A DNA stretch of 64,000 nt. Source: Gammaproteobacteria bacterium. Lineage in GTDB: Bacteria; Pseudomonadota; Gammaproteobacteria; Eutrophobiales; Eutrophobiaceae. Both the position numbers and the translations under genes were made by a program. Positions 62,451-64,000 of the stretch are shown here, piece after piece. Location: positions 72,862 to 136,861 of the forward strand of contig CBDFNQ010000037.1 in NCBI GenBank assembly GCA_965250225.1, given 5' to 3'. How positions within the stretch are numbered: the stretch's first letter is position 1; each line of letters opens with the position of its first letter. The notes beneath the pieces are model-generated. The model was not told the origin of the DNA. It made no database searches and worked only from the letters and a program-made list of their open reading frames with translations.

Positions 62451-62641
62451 AGGTCTTTGCACGGCAAGGATTGTTCCAGACAATCCTGTTGCATTCCCGC
62501 CCTTCATGGCGGTTATTCATAATTTTTTGTAATAGCGGCGTTAAAAATAACCTAAAAGTGCTCATTTATTGCGTGTAAACTCAGCTTTTTAGAATATTTT
62601 CGCCTTGCCATGACAAAAAAAATTTTCCCTGCAAAGACCTC
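62451..62641 (+). repeat. Compact copy (about 191 nt) of the inverted-repeat non-coding element (copy 2), in the lptB-rpoN spacer
   Basis: A perfect 11-bp terminal inverted repeat is present: AGGTCTTTGCA (62451-62461) and TGCAAAGACCT (62630-62640). A nested pair follows: GGCAAGG (62463-62469) and CCTTGCC (62603-62609). Internal hairpins lie at 62467-62487 and 62497-62512. Confidence 0.75.
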
Positions 62642-62668
62642 AAGGTATTTATTATTGTCGGAAATCTG

Positions 62669-63394
62669 TCACAAACTGAACTCCTGTCCCAGATAGATCT
62701 TTCTAACTGTGTCGTTATTTAATATCTCATCCGGCGTTCCTTTAGCCATGATGGCGCCTTCATTAACGATATAAGCACGATCACAAGTCCCCAGGGTTTC
62801 CCTGACATTGTGATCGGTAATGAGTATGCCAATACCATGTCGGCTCAGGTATTGTGTAATACGCTGTATATCACTTATCGATATAGGGTCAATCCCTGCA
62901 AAGGGCTCATCGAGCAATAAAAACCGAGGTTCTGTCGCCAGGGCTCTGGCAATCTCAAGCCTTCGACGTTCCCCACCAGAAAGGCTGGCTCCCAGACTAT
63001 CTCGCAGGTGGGAAATATGGAATTCCTCGAGCAAATTTTCCAGTCGTTTTTTTGCTCTGGCTCTAGTTAGTTTAGTCTGTAACTCAAGGATTGCCATGAT
63101 GTTATCCTCAACCGTCAGATTGCGAAAAACAGAGGAGTCCTGAGGCAAATAACCCAGCCCAAGCATCGAACGCTGATCCATCGGTAGGCGGGTAATTTCC
63201 TCGCGGTTGATATGAATCGTACCAGTATCAGCGGTTAGCAAACCGACAATCATATGGAAACTGGTGGTTTTGCCAGCACCATTAGGGCCAAGCAGGCCTA
63301 CGATCTCTCCACCTTCAACCGACAGACTGATGTCTTTAACAACACGTCGCGATCGAAATTGTTTGCTGATGTGGCGTACTGCAAGAACGCTCAT
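62669..63394 (-). CDS. lptB: LPS export ABC transporter ATP-binding protein LptB
   Basis: The Walker A motif GPNGAGKTT, the signature [15 protein letters not shown] and the Walker B motif LLLDEP are present. The gene lies between lptA and rpoN. Confidence 0.95.
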   Translation of the reverse strand: MSVLAVRHISKQFRSRRVVKDISLSVEGGEIVGLLGPNGAGKTTSFHMIVGLLTADTGTIHINREEITRLPMDQRSMLGLGYLPQDSSVFRNLTVEDNIMAILELQTKLTRARAKKRLENLLEEFHISHLRDSLGASLSGGERRRLEIARALATEPRFLLLDEPFAGIDPISISDIQRITQYLSRHGIGILITDHNVRETLGTCDRAYIVNEGAIMAKGTPDEILNNDTVRKIYLGQEFSL

Positions 63395-63454
63395 AAGGAT
63401 TTAATTCAGATTGCCTTGTTTGTTGTTATTGTCGCCTGATCGTCGTGTCCAGGA

Positions 63455-64000
63455 CTAGTCTGATTTTTTTTGTTTTAAAATAATTTTAACCCGGCCCGTT
63501 GGCTTTTGTTCATCATCATTGTTTTTCTGTTGACCGGTATTGGTATTGCCCTTGGCAATGATTTTACTGGTTTCCGTGTTGTATTCGATACGATCACCGG
63601 TGAAACGCAGATCTTGTTGTTGCATTAGTGCTTTGTTAATGAGCACGACATAATTTTTAAGTGAATAAAATTCCATGCGTAGAGCTTCAGCAACATCTTT
63701 TGTTTTGTTGTTTTCAGGGAGTTGTTCGTAATGGGCAGGTTTGCCTTCGACGATCATGGTGTCGAGTTCACCGTCATCGTTATAGGTCGCGGTCATGATG
63801 TCGCCAGCTATTTTAATACTGCCCTGAGTGATGATTACATTACCCTTGTAAATAGTAATGCCTTTGAGGTCGTCGAGTTCAGCGTAATCGGCTTCAACCT
63901 CGATGGGTTGTTTCTTGTCCGAGGTGAGCGCAAGGGAAACGCTGCAATGACAGCAAAATAAAATAAATAATAATGTTTTGTGAAATTTATTCAGGCTCAA
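63455..64000 (-). CDS. lptA: LPS transport periplasmic protein LptA (OstA-like); the ORF reaches the window edge, so the start is possibly outside
   Basis: The signal peptide is ...LFILFCCHCSVSLALT. The OstA-type beta-jellyroll repeats include IEVEADYAELDD and YKGNVIITQGSIKIAGD. It lies upstream of lptB. The track start is a TTG at nt 64000. Confidence 0.75.
   Translation of the reverse strand: MSLNKFHKTLLFILFCCHCSVSLALTSDKKQPIEVEADYAELDDLKGITIYKGNVIITQGSIKIAGDIMTATYNDDGELDTMIVEGKPAHYEQLPENNKTKDVAEALRMEFYSLKNYVVLINKALMQQQDLRFTGDRIEYNTETSKIIAKGNTNTGQQKNNDDEQKPTGRVKIILKQKKSD

Overview
The window is a dense, mostly housekeeping chromosomal segment with gammaproteobacterial-type synteny. About 70 genes fill nearly all of the sequence.

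Gene content, left to right:
- tolQ(partial)-tolR-tolA-tolB-pal-cpoB, then queE-queC.
- A low-GC pair: a patatin-like lipase and an unusually long MltF-like transglycosylase.
- amgK-murU (peptidoglycan recycling) and yrbG-kdsD-kdsC.
- A complete aa3-type cytochrome c oxidase structural and biogenesis cluster (ctaC-ctaD-small ORF-ctaG-ctaE, DUF2909, SURF1, CxxxC protein, ctaA, cyoE), with a decayed DUF2244 gene upstream.
- bioBFHCD and comF.
- gyrB-recF-dnaN-dnaA, divergent from rpmH-rnpA-yidD-yidC-mnmE.
- A low-GC LPS/LOS outer-core island (FkbM methyltransferase, O-antigen-ligase-like protein, GT10 fucosyltransferase-like protein), followed by ELM1-like and GT4 genes.
- ilvE, then a divergent ArsR/rhodanese pair.
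- tatABC and hisAFIE, polA, a LOG-family protein and a DUF2782 protein, mgtE.
- A long minus-strand block: lptA(edge)-lptB-rpoN-hpf-ptsN-hprK-rapZ-EIIA(Man)-ptsH-ptsI.

I saw no tRNA, rRNA, CRISPR array, transposase, integrase or recognisable defence or toxin system. I do not claim a convincing new multi-gene system here.

The best leads are:
- A roughly 190-nt inverted-repeat, hairpin-rich non-coding element present twice. One copy sits in the normally tight lptB-rpoN junction. The other sits in expanded form behind mgtE.
- The multiply frameshifted DUF2244 pseudogene next to the oxidase operon.
- The two low-GC blocks.
- An MltF homologue with a duplicated substrate-binding module.
- The split of the conserved kdsDC / lptCAB-rpoN supercluster, which a single inversion spanning the dnaA locus could explain.

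All functional calls come from motifs I read in the translated ORFs and from gene order. No database search was run.
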